Source: Gemmatimonadaceae bacterium (GTDB taxonomy: Bacteria > Gemmatimonadota > Gemmatimonadetes > Gemmatimonadales > Gemmatimonadaceae). Taken from it: a stretch of 20,577 nucleotides of DNA. Location of the stretch: assembly GCA_033763905.1 (NCBI GenBank), contig JANRJP010000142.1:1-20577 (forward strand), read 5' to 3'. A program made the translations under genes and the position numbers. This document shows positions 9,261-18,132 of this stretch, one piece after another (position 1 is the first letter of the stretch; the number at the start of each line of letters is the position of its first letter). Under the pieces are notes generated by a model that was not told the origin of the DNA, ran no database searches, and saw only the letters and a list, made by a program, of their open reading frames with translations.

Positions 9261-9911
9261 ATGCCACTGCTGCGTCCGCACGGCGCGCCGTATTCGTCAG
9301 CTGAAGAAGCCGCCCACGCCATCAGCCACGGCGTGGGCGCGGTGCTCGCGTTGGTTGCGCTGCCCGCCTTGTTGGTGCTCGCGTACCAGCGGCAGGATCC
9401 GTGGGGCGTCGTCGGCACCGCCGTATTCGGGCTGTCGATGGTCGCGCTCTATGCGGCCTCGACGCTGTACCACGCCGAACGTCGACCGGCACACAAGGCG
9501 CGGTGGCGTCGGCTCGACCACGCGGCGATTTACCTGCTCATTGCCGGCACGTACACGCCGTTTCTGCTCGGCGTATTGCGCGGGCCGTTGGGCTGGACCT
9601 TGCTCGTGATCCAGTGGACGATCGCGACCATTGGCGTCACGGTAAAGCTGCGGCACGGCGCCGAGGGGCGCTGGCTGTCCACGGTGTTGTACCTCGCGAT
9701 GGGCTGGATGGCCGCCTTCGCAGCGCGGCCGATGGTCGCGGCCATCGGGGCCGATGGCGTGACGTGGCTGGTGGCGGGTGGCCTCTGCTACACCGGTGGT
9801 GTGGCGTTCTACGTGTCGAAGCGGCTGCGCTACGCGCACTTCGCGTGGCACCTGTGCGTGCTGGCGGGCACCGCGTGCCACGCGGTGGCGGTGGTGCGCT
9901 ACGCAGGGTAA
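9261..9911 (+). CDS. Hemolysin III / PAQR-family (TrhA/YqfA-like) seven-TM membrane protein, 216 aa
   Basis: EEAAHAISHG, STLYH, LDHAAIYLLIAGTYTPF, YLAMGW, GGLCYTGG and HFAWHLCVLAG..H motifs. ATG 9261 preferred over TTG 9246. Confidence 0.92.
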   Translation: MPLLRPHGAPYSSAEEAAHAISHGVGAVLALVALPALLVLAYQRQDPWGVVGTAVFGLSMVALYAASTLYHAERRPAHKARWRRLDHAAIYLLIAGTYTPFLLGVLRGPLGWTLLVIQWTIATIGVTVKLRHGAEGRWLSTVLYLAMGWMAAFAARPMVAAIGADGVTWLVAGGLCYTGGVAFYVSKRLRYAHFAWHLCVLAGTACHAVAVVRYAG

Positions 9912-9975
9912 GTGACGCGGGTCACCCCGCGCGGCACGTCTGTCGCCGAAGTGAACGGATTGGCGGGTCGTGCAC

Positions 9976-9981
9976 TACTGT
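9976..9981 (+). promoter_or_regulatory. Possible -10 element (TACTGT) for a leaderless dedA-like operon transcript
   Basis: A TANNNT hexamer sits 6 nt upstream of ATG 9988 and there is no Shine-Dalgarno in between. Confidence 0.35.
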
Positions 9982-9987
9982 GTGGCG

Positions 9988-10752
9988 ATGACGCCTCCGC
10001 CCCCCGCCCCCACTGCGATTCGTCGCGTGCTTCCCTGGCTCGGTGCTGGGCTGCTGCTGAGCGCGCTGTTACTCGTCGCGCCACAAGCAAAGCTGTGGAT
10101 CGCCGCCGCACCCGAGACACTGCGCGGGCTCGGTCCCTGGGGGCCGGTGGCCTTCGTCGCGGCGTACGCGGCGGCCACGGTTGCGTTCGTGCCAGGGTCG
10201 GCACTGACCTTGGCTGCCGGTGCGATCTTCGGGCTCGGGCAAGGCGTGGTGCTGGTGTTCGTCGGTGCGACCTTGGGTTCGTCCCTAGCGTTCCTCGTGG
10301 CACGCACGATTGCGCGCGGCGCAATTGAACGACGTCTGGCCGGCAACGCCAAGTTTGAGGCGATCGACCGGGCGGTTGCGCGAGACGGGCGACGCATCGT
10401 GTTGCTGCTGCGGCTGTCTCCCGCGTTTCCGTTTGCGCTTCTCAACTACGGACTTGGACTGACGCGGGTCTCGTTTCGAGACTACGTGATCGCGAGTGTG
10501 GGCATGCTGCCCGGCACGGTCCTCTATGTGTATTACGGCAAAGTCGCCGGTGATGTGGCGCGGCTGGCAGGCGGGGCCTCCGCCCCGCGCGGACTCGAGT
10601 ACTATCTCACGGTTGGCGTCGGGCTGGCGGCCACCATCGCCGTGACCGTGCTGATCGCCAACACGGCGCGGCGTGCGCTCGCGGATGCCGGTGCGGTCGC
10701 GCCCGCGGCAGCGACGACGACCGCGTCGCCGGACGCGATGGAGCCACGATGA
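9988..10752 (+). CDS. TVP38/TMEM64 (DedA/VTT, SNARE-associated domain) membrane protein, 254 aa
   Basis: FVPGSALTLAAGAIFG, GATLGSSLAFLVAR, LLRLSPAFPFALLNYGLGLT and GMLPGT motifs. The stop overlaps the next ATG (ATGA 10749-10752). Confidence 0.93.
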   Translation: MTPPPPAPTAIRRVLPWLGAGLLLSALLLVAPQAKLWIAAAPETLRGLGPWGPVAFVAAYAAATVAFVPGSALTLAAGAIFGLGQGVVLVFVGATLGSSLAFLVARTIARGAIERRLAGNAKFEAIDRAVARDGRRIVLLLRLSPAFPFALLNYGLGLTRVSFRDYVIASVGMLPGTVLYVYYGKVAGDVARLAGGASAPRGLEYYLTVGVGLAATIAVTVLIANTARRALADAGAVAPAAATTTASPDAMEPR

Positions 10753-12272
10753 ACGAGCACCCCTGGGGCGCCGTCGCCCCGCTGCCCCACAATGATCGGC
10801 TGGTCAGTGCCGTCCATCCCCGCGACTGGCAGAATCCGACGCCACGCGAGCGCTACCACCTCGTCGTGATCGGAGCCGGCACGGCAGGCCTGGTGACGGC
10901 AGCGGGCGCGGCAGGCCTTGGCGCTCGCGTCGCGCTGATCGAGCGGCACTTGATGGGTGGTGACTGCCTCAACGTGGGCTGTGTACCGAGCAAGGGCGTG
11001 ATCGCGCCGGCGCGCGCGTGGTCGGCCGCACGACGGGCCTCCGAGCAATTCGGCGGACCCCACGCAGCGGGAGCAGGCGACTTCGCCGCCGCAATGGACC
11101 GGATGCGGCGCCTTCGCGCGCAGATCGCGCCAGTCGACGGCGCCGAACGCTTTCGCGGGCTCGGCGTGGACGTGTACTTCGGCGAAGCGCGATTCGTGTC
11201 GCCACAGGCCGTGCACGTTGGCGATGCGACGCTCGAGTTCCGTCGCGCCGTGATCGCCACCGGCGCGCGAGCCAAGGCACCGCCCATCCCCGGGTTGGCC
11301 GACGTGCCGTATCTGACCAACGAGACGCTCTTCGATCTCGACACCTGCCCGGAGCATCTCGTCGTGCTCGGCGGCGGACCGATCGGCTGCGAAATGGCGC
11401 AGGCATTTGCTCGCTTGGGTGCTCGGGTGACCTTGCTCGACAAGGCGCCACGGCTGCTGCCACGAGACGATCCGCGGGCCTCGACAATCGTGCGCGACGC
11501 GCTGGCGCGGGACGGCGTTCGCGTGGTGACCTCGGCGGATTTGCAGCGCGTCCGACGCGATGGCGCGTCGGGGATCGCAGTGGAATGCACGGTGAACGGT
11601 GCCGCCGAGACGGTGACCGGCTCGACCCTGCTCGTCGCGATCGGCCGTGCCCCCAACGTGGAGGGCATTGGCTTGGAGGCGGCGGGGGTGGCCTTCACAC
11701 CGCAGGGTGTGACGGTCAACGATCGACTGCAGACGACCAACCCCACGGTGTTTGCGTGCGGGGATGTGGCTTCGCGCTACCAGTTCACCCACGCGGCCGA
11801 TTTTCAGGCGCGGATCGTCATTCAGAACGCGCTGTTCTTCGGTCGGAAGCGCGCGAGCGATCTGGTGATTCCGTGGGCGACGTACACCAGTCCGGAAGTC
11901 GCGCAGGTGGGGCACACCGCCGAGTCCGCCGCGGCGGCGGGGCTCGCGATCCAATCGTTCACGGTACCGATGCACGATGTCGACCGAGCGATCCTCGATG
12001 ACGACACCGAGGGATTTGCCACCGTCCACGTGGCGGCCGGCACCGACCGCATCGTTGGTGTGACCGTCGTCGCCGCGCACGCGTCGGAGCTGATTCACGA
12101 AGCGACATTGGCGATGACGCATCGGCTGGGGCTCGCGGCGATCAGCGCCAGTATCCATCCCTATCCCACGCAGGGCGACGCGCTGCGGCGCTGCGCGGAC
12201 GCGTGGCGTCGCACCAAGCTGACGCCGACCGTCAGGCAACTCTTCACCCAATGGTTCCGGTGGTTCTCGTGA
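10749..12272 (+). CDS. FAD-dependent pyridine nucleotide-disulfide oxidoreductase, class I (MerA/LPD-like; often auto-annotated 'mercuric reductase')
   Basis: VVIGAGTAG (FAD), GGDCLNVGCVPSK (redox disulfide), IATG, GGGPIGCE (NAD(P)H), GRAPN, ACGD and C-terminal HPYPT. No NmerA domain and no C-terminal Cys-Cys. Confidence 0.93.
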   Translation: MNEHPWGAVAPLPHNDRLVSAVHPRDWQNPTPRERYHLVVIGAGTAGLVTAAGAAGLGARVALIERHLMGGDCLNVGCVPSKGVIAPARAWSAARRASEQFGGPHAAGAGDFAAAMDRMRRLRAQIAPVDGAERFRGLGVDVYFGEARFVSPQAVHVGDATLEFRRAVIATGARAKAPPIPGLADVPYLTNETLFDLDTCPEHLVVLGGGPIGCEMAQAFARLGARVTLLDKAPRLLPRDDPRASTIVRDALARDGVRVVTSADLQRVRRDGASGIAVECTVNGAAETVTGSTLLVAIGRAPNVEGIGLEAAGVAFTPQGVTVNDRLQTTNPTVFACGDVASRYQFTHAADFQARIVIQNALFFGRKRASDLVIPWATYTSPEVAQVGHTAESAAAAGLAIQSFTVPMHDVDRAILDDDTEGFATVHVAAGTDRIVGVTVVAAHASELIHEATLAMTHRLGLAAISASIHPYPTQGDALRRCADAWRRTKLTPTVRQLFTQWFRWFS

Positions 12273-13090
12273 TCGCTGTCTCTTTGATCGGGCGCCTGCC
12301 GCGCGCCGTCACCGCGGCGTTGCTCCTGGCGTGTGCGGTCATCCGTCCGGCACTGGCGCAAACGGTGGACCATCAGCCGTTCGACGCGTTGCTCAAGCGG
12401 CACGTGGTCAACGGGATGGTCGACTACGATGCGTTCCGTCGCGAGCCGTCGTTCGCCGCGTATCTGCAGACCTTGGGCGCGCAGAATCCCGCCGCGTTGC
12501 CGCGCGATGAGCAGCTGGCATTCTGGATCAACGCCTACAATGCGTGGACCATCCAGCTGATCAACGTCCACAACGAACGGAACAGCATCCGCAACATCAA
12601 CAAGACGTTCGGGATCAAGCTCAAGGGGCCCTGGAGCGAGCCGATCGCGACGATCTCGGGACGCACGTACACCCTCGATGAGATCGAGCACGACATCATC
12701 CGACCGAAGTATGGCGAGCCGCGGATCCACTTCGCGCTCGTGTGTGCGGCAATGGGCTGTCCGCCGCTCCGCAGCGAGGCCTACACCGGCGCCTTGCTCG
12801 ACCGGCAACTGCAGGAACAGGGCGAACTCTTTATTCGGCGCTCACCGGGCAAGAATCGCGTCGATCTTGCCTCGCGCACCTGGCATCACTCGCTGATCTT
12901 CGGCTACTACAAGCAGGACTTCGGTGGCAGCGTACAGGACGCGGCACGCTTCGCGGCGCGCTGGTATCCGGCGGGCTCCGCGGAGCGGACGCTGCTCGAG
13001 TCGGGGACCGTCCGCACCCGCGAGACCACCTACGACTGGACGCTCAACTCGCAGGAGCAGGCGAAGCGTCTGGCGTCAGGGACGCAGTAG
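12269..13090 (+). CDS. DUF547 domain protein, secreted, 273 aa
   Basis: GTG 12269 overlaps the reductase stop (GTGA). Signal peptide ending ALA-Q. Motifs GMVDY, LAFWINAYNA, TLDEIEH, EPRIHFALVCAAMGCPPL, SLIFGYY..DF and YDWTLN. Confidence 0.9.
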   Translation: MIAVSLIGRLPRAVTAALLLACAVIRPALAQTVDHQPFDALLKRHVVNGMVDYDAFRREPSFAAYLQTLGAQNPAALPRDEQLAFWINAYNAWTIQLINVHNERNSIRNINKTFGIKLKGPWSEPIATISGRTYTLDEIEHDIIRPKYGEPRIHFALVCAAMGCPPLRSEAYTGALLDRQLQEQGELFIRRSPGKNRVDLASRTWHHSLIFGYYKQDFGGSVQDAARFAARWYPAGSAERTLLESGTVRTRETTYDWTLNSQEQAKRLASGTQ

Positions 13091-13681
13091 TCGCCTGGCC
13101 AGCAGCACGCGCTGGATCACCGTTGCGAAGCAGATCACGACCCAGCTCCACCCGATTTCCACGACCGCGCCGGGAAACAGCAGCAGCAGCGCGTAGGCCA
13201 GCGAGGTCTCGCCGGCTTCGGCGAATCCCGGCGTGAACTGCAGCGACCGATCGTTCCCGGGCACTGCCGCCCGTCGCGCTTCGAGGCTGCTCGACAGAGC
13301 CAGCGTCGTCGTCGTCACGAGCAGGTATCCGGTCACCATTCCCGACCACAGCAGCGGATGCTCCGGGTGCCGGTGAGCGAAGGCCAGCACCATCGCGCTG
13401 TAGGCGACCATATCGAGCGTGATGTCGAGAAAGCCGCCGAACGGTGTCGCACGCCCGCTTTCGCGCGCGACGATGCCGTCGAACGCGTCGAGCAACCGAC
13501 TCACCAGCCACACCGCATACCCGACAACCGGACGGCCGAAGGCGACCAGACCTGCCGCGCCGACGCCGATGACCGCCGCCCCTACGGTAATGGCATTCGG
13601 TGACACGCCGCTCGTCGCAAGGCCGCGCGCGAGCGGCGCCAGCCATCGGCCCAGCACCTGCCGAACCGGCGCGTCAAACAT
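13076..13681 (-). CDS. CDP-alcohol phosphatidyltransferase family protein, YnjF-like, 201 aa
   Basis: SPNAIT, signature D-x2-DG-x2-AR...G-x3-D-x3-D (LDAFDGIVAR...GGFLDITLD) and a GFAEAGET segment resembling the YnjF subfamily. Its 3' end overlaps DUF547 convergently by 15 nt. Confidence 0.9.
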   Translation of the reverse strand: MFDAPVRQVLGRWLAPLARGLATSGVSPNAITVGAAVIGVGAAGLVAFGRPVVGYAVWLVSRLLDAFDGIVARESGRATPFGGFLDITLDMVAYSAMVLAFAHRHPEHPLLWSGMVTGYLLVTTTTLALSSSLEARRAAVPGNDRSLQFTPGFAEAGETSLAYALLLLFPGAVVEIGWSWVVICFATVIQRVLLARRLLRP

Positions 13682-13708
13682 CGTGAGGCATCGATGATTC
13701 GCAGGAAG

Positions 13709-16660
13709 TCAGAACGACCAGGTAGCCGACAGCTGCACCTGACGGGGTGGCCCGGGAGTGAAATTGACGATCGGATCCCCCGGTCGGCCAGTCTGCACGA
13801 TGTTGCCGTTCCCGCCAGTGCCGGTGACGAAGCCGCCCCACGTCGTCACGTCCAACACATTGAATACGTCGGCACGAACCTCGAGCCGACGTCCGGCGAA
13901 CGCCGGCAGCCACGCGGCCGAGAGATTCGTGTTCCAGTATGCCGGCAAGCGTTCGCCATTGCGCGCGACGCCGAGGTAGCGATCGTTGTTGCCCACGAAT
14001 CCGTTGCCGCGAATCGGGCCAACGCCGAGCAGGTCGTAGCGTGACTGCCCCCCTCCCACCGTCACGCCGGCGACGCGATTGAACGGCTGCCCGGACTGCG
14101 CGTCCTGCACCAGAGAGAACCGGAGCGCCTCGGCGGGCGACCAGACGGCACGCAGCGTGACGCGATGCGTGCGGTCATTGTTGGCGGGTCCCCACTCGTC
14201 GCTGTTGCAGGCTTGCCCCGTGACGACGTCGATGCGATCGGTGCGAAAGCAGTTGCCCTGCGTCGCCGAAAAGTTGATATCCTCGGCGTCCGTCCGCGCG
14301 CGCGACCACACGTAATTCGCGTCCACGACCCACTCGCTACCCAGGGACCGCCGCGCCGCGAGGTACAGCGCCGTGTAGTCGGCGCGGCCACCAGAGGCGG
14401 CAGTCGAAAGTCGCCGCGCACCTGAGACGGTCGGCGCGACCGGTCGATCCACGTCCGCTGGACAGCTGGTGGCTGACGCGCAGACCCGATTCGCGGTATC
14501 GGCTGCCGTGAGTCGCCGACCCACGGGGTTGAGGTCCAGCAGCCAGGGCAGGTCCGTGGTCCTGACCCAGACGAGATCGGCACTAAGGCCGCACGCGCTT
14601 CCCACCTGACGCTGCCAGCCGATCGTCGCTTGCCGGCTCCGCGGGAGCCGCAAGCCTTGTGTGAACTCGGCGAAGACCTCGCGCGGAGGAAGCTGGCCAG
14701 CTGCGGTCGCGAGCGCTGCCGCGGATGGCCCTTGGCCGAACGCCGGGGCACTCGCCCCGCTGAAGGTCACCGTAGCGTTGCCATTCGGACCAAGCTGCTG
14801 GGCATCAGACAGGGTGGCGTACGGGAATCGTCCGGCGTACAGACCGAGGCTTCCGCGCCAGACGGTCACCGGCGACGTGGCCCAGGTCGCCGAGAGTCGC
14901 GGCTGAATCGCCGAGAGGTCGGCGCTGCTTGCCCCACGGGACGTGATGTCGTCGTAGTCCCAGCGGAGTGACGACGTCACGGTGAGCGTCGGCGTCGGGC
15001 GCCAGACGTCCTCGGCGAAGAGGCCGAGCAGCGTCTGCGACTGGTTGACGCGCTGCGGACGGGCATCGACGGTGTAGCTGAGGACCTGCACCGACGCGGG
15101 GATATCCCCGAGGCTCACCTGACGTCCAGCCGATGGTGTGATGTTGCCGGTGTTCACCACGACATACGACCCCAGCGGATTCGTGCCAGCCGCAAACAGC
15201 CGGAATCGCGAGTGAATGAGGTCAGCACCGACCCGCATCGTGTGGCGCGAACCGACCGCTCGCTCGAAGACGTCGCGCAGTTGCCACTGCACCTCGCGCT
15301 CGTCGAACACGAAGTTGGTCGACCCGACCACCGCCTGCGGTACGAAGGCGGGGCCGGGCCCGACAATGGTGACCTGAGGCGCCACGGCGCCCGTCCGCGG
15401 GGGGAAATTCCAGCGATACGTCCCCAGTTGCGCGGCGAAGGTGTTCGAGGCACGACCGCCACTGAGCACGCTGCGGTGTGTGATGGCGTACAAACCGCCT
15501 TCGCGCTGCGTGATGTTGTCGGCGTCAGGCGTCACGATGCCAGAGCCATTGCCGGCACGCTGCGTCGCCGAGAACGCCGCACGCCACGTGGTGAACTGCG
15601 TCGGCGACCAACTGTGGTCGAGCCGTGCAAAGAGCTTGGTCTTCTGCCGACGCTCGGTGCCGAGGAATGTCGCAAGCGCCGTTGATGCGATGCGATCCTC
15701 GTTCTCGTCGGTGTACTCGGCCGCCACGGCGTAGAACGTGCGATTCTGCCGGAGGGCGCCGCGCTGCGCCCCGCCGATCTGGTAGCGTCGGTAGCCCTCC
15801 TGCCGTCGGCGGACGGCGGCAGGATCGGCACCCGGCGCCGGCCGAATGTCGCCGTCGAGTCCGAGGGCCGTGCCTGGTCGGCCGTAGACGAACCACTCGC
15901 CGCGCGTGTCGTTGCCGCCGGCCAGCGACTGCTGCAACACGACCCCGCTGGGGCTGCGTCCGTACTTGGCCGAGACGCCGTTCACGAACGCATCGATGCG
16001 AGCCAGACCCGCCAACGGGAACTCGACGCGCGGGCCGCCGAGAAATCCCTCCGTGTTGTCGAGGTCGTCGAGCAGGTACGACGTGTAGAGGCCATTCTGT
16101 GCATTGACCGAGAGCGCGGGCGCGTCGCCGAAGAACCCGGTGGACTGGGTGATGCCCGGGACGTTGTAGACCAGGGCGATCGGGTCGCGCGCGTCGGTCG
16201 GCAGCGCGGTGAGTTCGGCGCGCTCGAGGGCCCCGCCCGTGGTGGCGGTCTCGGCGTTGAGCAGCGGCCGCTCACGGCTGGCGACGACCGTCGCAGCGGC
16301 AAGGCGATACAAGGGGACCAGCACGATGGAGACCTGTCGCTCCTCGGCGGAGGCCAAGGGCGTGACGCGGATCACTTCGGTGCGAAAGGCATCGGCGGTG
16401 ACGGTGAGGACGACGGGTTCGCCGGGCGGGTGGGAGAGCCGAAAGCGGCCTTGCGCGTCGGATCGGGCGCTGCGCGTGGTGTCCTGCGCGGTGACGACCG
16501 CACCGCGGAGCGGCCGCCCGCTCTGCTCCCGCACGACTCCGGTCACGGCGCCCAGCCCTTGCGCGTCGGCACGACCAGCAACGAAGGTGACGGCCAGAGC
16601 AAGGAGCCAAGCTCGGGTGAACCGGATGCACTTCGATCGCGTAGGTACCACAATGCGCAT
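13709..16660 (-). CDS. TonB-dependent receptor with N-terminal carboxypeptidase-regulatory-like domain (Oar-like), 983 aa
   Basis: ATG 16660 is preceded by a purine-rich GGAGAGGAAGG. Signal peptide ...AGRADA-Q; GVVRE.SG.PL.GAVV (CarboxypepD_reg-like); plug segment LPTDARDP..LVYNVPG..SAKYGRSPSGV; barrel strands LFAEDVW, SLRWDY, IQPRLSATW and RADVFNVLD; C-terminal Phe (ATWSF). Confidence 0.92.
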   Translation of the reverse strand: MRIVVPTRSKCIRFTRAWLLALAVTFVAGRADAQGLGAVTGVVREQSGRPLRGAVVTAQDTTRSARSDAQGRFRLSHPPGEPVVLTVTADAFRTEVIRVTPLASAEERQVSIVLVPLYRLAAATVVASRERPLLNAETATTGGALERAELTALPTDARDPIALVYNVPGITQSTGFFGDAPALSVNAQNGLYTSYLLDDLDNTEGFLGGPRVEFPLAGLARIDAFVNGVSAKYGRSPSGVVLQQSLAGGNDTRGEWFVYGRPGTALGLDGDIRPAPGADPAAVRRRQEGYRRYQIGGAQRGALRQNRTFYAVAAEYTDENEDRIASTALATFLGTERRQKTKLFARLDHSWSPTQFTTWRAAFSATQRAGNGSGIVTPDADNITQREGGLYAITHRSVLSGGRASNTFAAQLGTYRWNFPPRTGAVAPQVTIVGPGPAFVPQAVVGSTNFVFDEREVQWQLRDVFERAVGSRHTMRVGADLIHSRFRLFAAGTNPLGSYVVVNTGNITPSAGRQVSLGDIPASVQVLSYTVDARPQRVNQSQTLLGLFAEDVWRPTPTLTVTSSLRWDYDDITSRGASSADLSAIQPRLSATWATSPVTVWRGSLGLYAGRFPYATLSDAQQLGPNGNATVTFSGASAPAFGQGPSAAALATAAGQLPPREVFAEFTQGLRLPRSRQATIGWQRQVGSACGLSADLVWVRTTDLPWLLDLNPVGRRLTAADTANRVCASATSCPADVDRPVAPTVSGARRLSTAASGGRADYTALYLAARRSLGSEWVVDANYVWSRARTDAEDINFSATQGNCFRTDRIDVVTGQACNSDEWGPANNDRTHRVTLRAVWSPAEALRFSLVQDAQSGQPFNRVAGVTVGGGQSRYDLLGVGPIRGNGFVGNNDRYLGVARNGERLPAYWNTNLSAAWLPAFAGRRLEVRADVFNVLDVTTWGGFVTGTGGNGNIVQTGRPGDPIVNFTPGPPRQVQLSATWSF

Positions 16661-16743
16661 ATCCCGCCTTCCTCTCCGTTGCGTGCAGTGATCGTGATGC
16701 ACTTCTTGTCCGCCCGACGCTTTCTGGTGAGTTCGCCCAGCAG

Positions 16744-18132
16744 ATGAATCCCCAAGACGCGATTGGGTTCGCCGCGGTGCTGGCTGCCGTCGGGTGGGCG
16801 GGCCGGCAGCCTGCGACGTCGTCGGCGGCCTACACAGTAGCAGACCGATCCCTGACCTGGTTCCCGCTCGTCGCCACGCTCGTGATGACCGAGTTCAACA
16901 CCAGCACACTGCTGGCGTTCAGCGCCGCCGGCTACGGCGCCGGACCAATGGCGATGGCGCTACCGGCCGTGTTCCTGGTGGGCTTGCTCTTCTACACCGT
17001 CACCGTTGCGCGACCGTGGAAGCGATTCGACCGGCTGTCCGTCGCCGAGTTGTTCGCCGAGCGATACTCCCCTGCGCTCGGGCGACTCGCGAGTGCGTTG
17101 TTGTTGGTCGCGATGACCGGGTTCAGCGCCACCTACGTCAAGAGTTTGACGTTGATTGCGACCCCCTTTGCCTCGTCGTGGTCGCCTTGGGCGCTCTCCG
17201 GTGTTGCCACCCTTGTCGTGGTGCTCGCCGTGGTCCGCGGTGGGCTGCGAAGCGTGGTCCGGACCGATGTCGTCGGCTTCGCGTTGACACTGGTCGTACT
17301 CCCCGCGCTGCTGTGGCTCGGCTGGCAGCGGCTTCCTGCCGATGGCCTCGACCGCGTCTTCCCACCGATCCAGCAGATCGTCTCGCCGGTGGCCCAGTGG
17401 GAGCACCCGGCACTCCCCTTCCGCTTCGTCAGCACCTTGATGGTGTTGACCTGCTTCACCTACATCGCCGCTCCGTGGTACGGGCAGAAGATCTTCGCCG
17501 CGCGAGATGCCGCCACCGCGCGTCGCGCCGTTGGGATCTCGGCGGTCCTGGTCTTCGTGCTGTACGCCGTGACGGTGCTGGCGGCCTCGCTGTACCGAGC
17601 GTCTGCTCCGGCGCTGACGGATCCGCAACAGGTGGTTCCGGCGATGATCGCGACGTGGCTCCCCAGCGGCGTCCGCGGCGCGGGCTTGGGGATGCTGTTC
17701 GTGGCCGCGCTGACCACGCTGGCCGGCGTTTGGAGCGCGATGGCGGCGATGGTCGCTGCCGACTTCGGCGGCTCATCGACCGTGGGCGCGCAGCGTCGCG
17801 CGATCGTGGTGTTCGCGCTCCTGAGCTGGCTTGGCGCCAATGTGCTCGTGGACCAGATTCTGGATCGACTGATTCTGGCCAACATCCCAGTGGCGGCGCT
17901 GGCGTTCGCCCTGCTGGCAGGATTTCACTGGCCCCGCGCCACGACCGCGGGCGCGTGGGCCTCGGTCGGCGTCGGCGTGCTCTGGGGCGTGGGCTGCTAC
18001 GTGGTGGTCGGGGAATCCGGCGGCTACACCTGGCCGTGGGCGATGTACGGCATCCCCCTGATTTTTGCGACCGGCATCGGCGTATCCCTGCTCACGCAGG
18101 GGTCACCCGCACCCACGCCTGCAGCGCGATGA
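16744..18132 (+). CDS. Sodium:solute symporter (SSS/SLC5) family transporter, 462 aa
   Basis: YTVADRSL, ELFAERYS, GGLRSVVRTD, QKIFAARD, AALTTLAG and HWPRAT.AGA motifs; about 13 hydrophobic segments. Confidence 0.9.
   Translation: MNPQDAIGFAAVLAAVGWAGRQPATSSAAYTVADRSLTWFPLVATLVMTEFNTSTLLAFSAAGYGAGPMAMALPAVFLVGLLFYTVTVARPWKRFDRLSVAELFAERYSPALGRLASALLLVAMTGFSATYVKSLTLIATPFASSWSPWALSGVATLVVVLAVVRGGLRSVVRTDVVGFALTLVVLPALLWLGWQRLPADGLDRVFPPIQQIVSPVAQWEHPALPFRFVSTLMVLTCFTYIAAPWYGQKIFAARDAATARRAVGISAVLVFVLYAVTVLAASLYRASAPALTDPQQVVPAMIATWLPSGVRGAGLGMLFVAALTTLAGVWSAMAAMVAADFGGSSTVGAQRRAIVVFALLSWLGANVLVDQILDRLILANIPVAALAFALLAGFHWPRATTAGAWASVGVGVLWGVGCYVVVGESGGYTWPWAMYGIPLIFATGIGVSLLTQGSPAPTPAAR

Noticed and set aside
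10749..12272. Calling the reductase merA, or reading its TGA as selenocysteine
   Set aside because: No C-terminal Cys pair, NmerA domain or mer operon. The TGA follows WFS, overlaps the next start codon and has no Cys/Sec redox context.
16794..18128. 650-aa ORF suggesting a large methyltransferase fusion
   Set aside because: The upstream 445 codons are an off-frame shadow of the symporter. The methyltransferase domain starts at the ATGA overlap at 18129.
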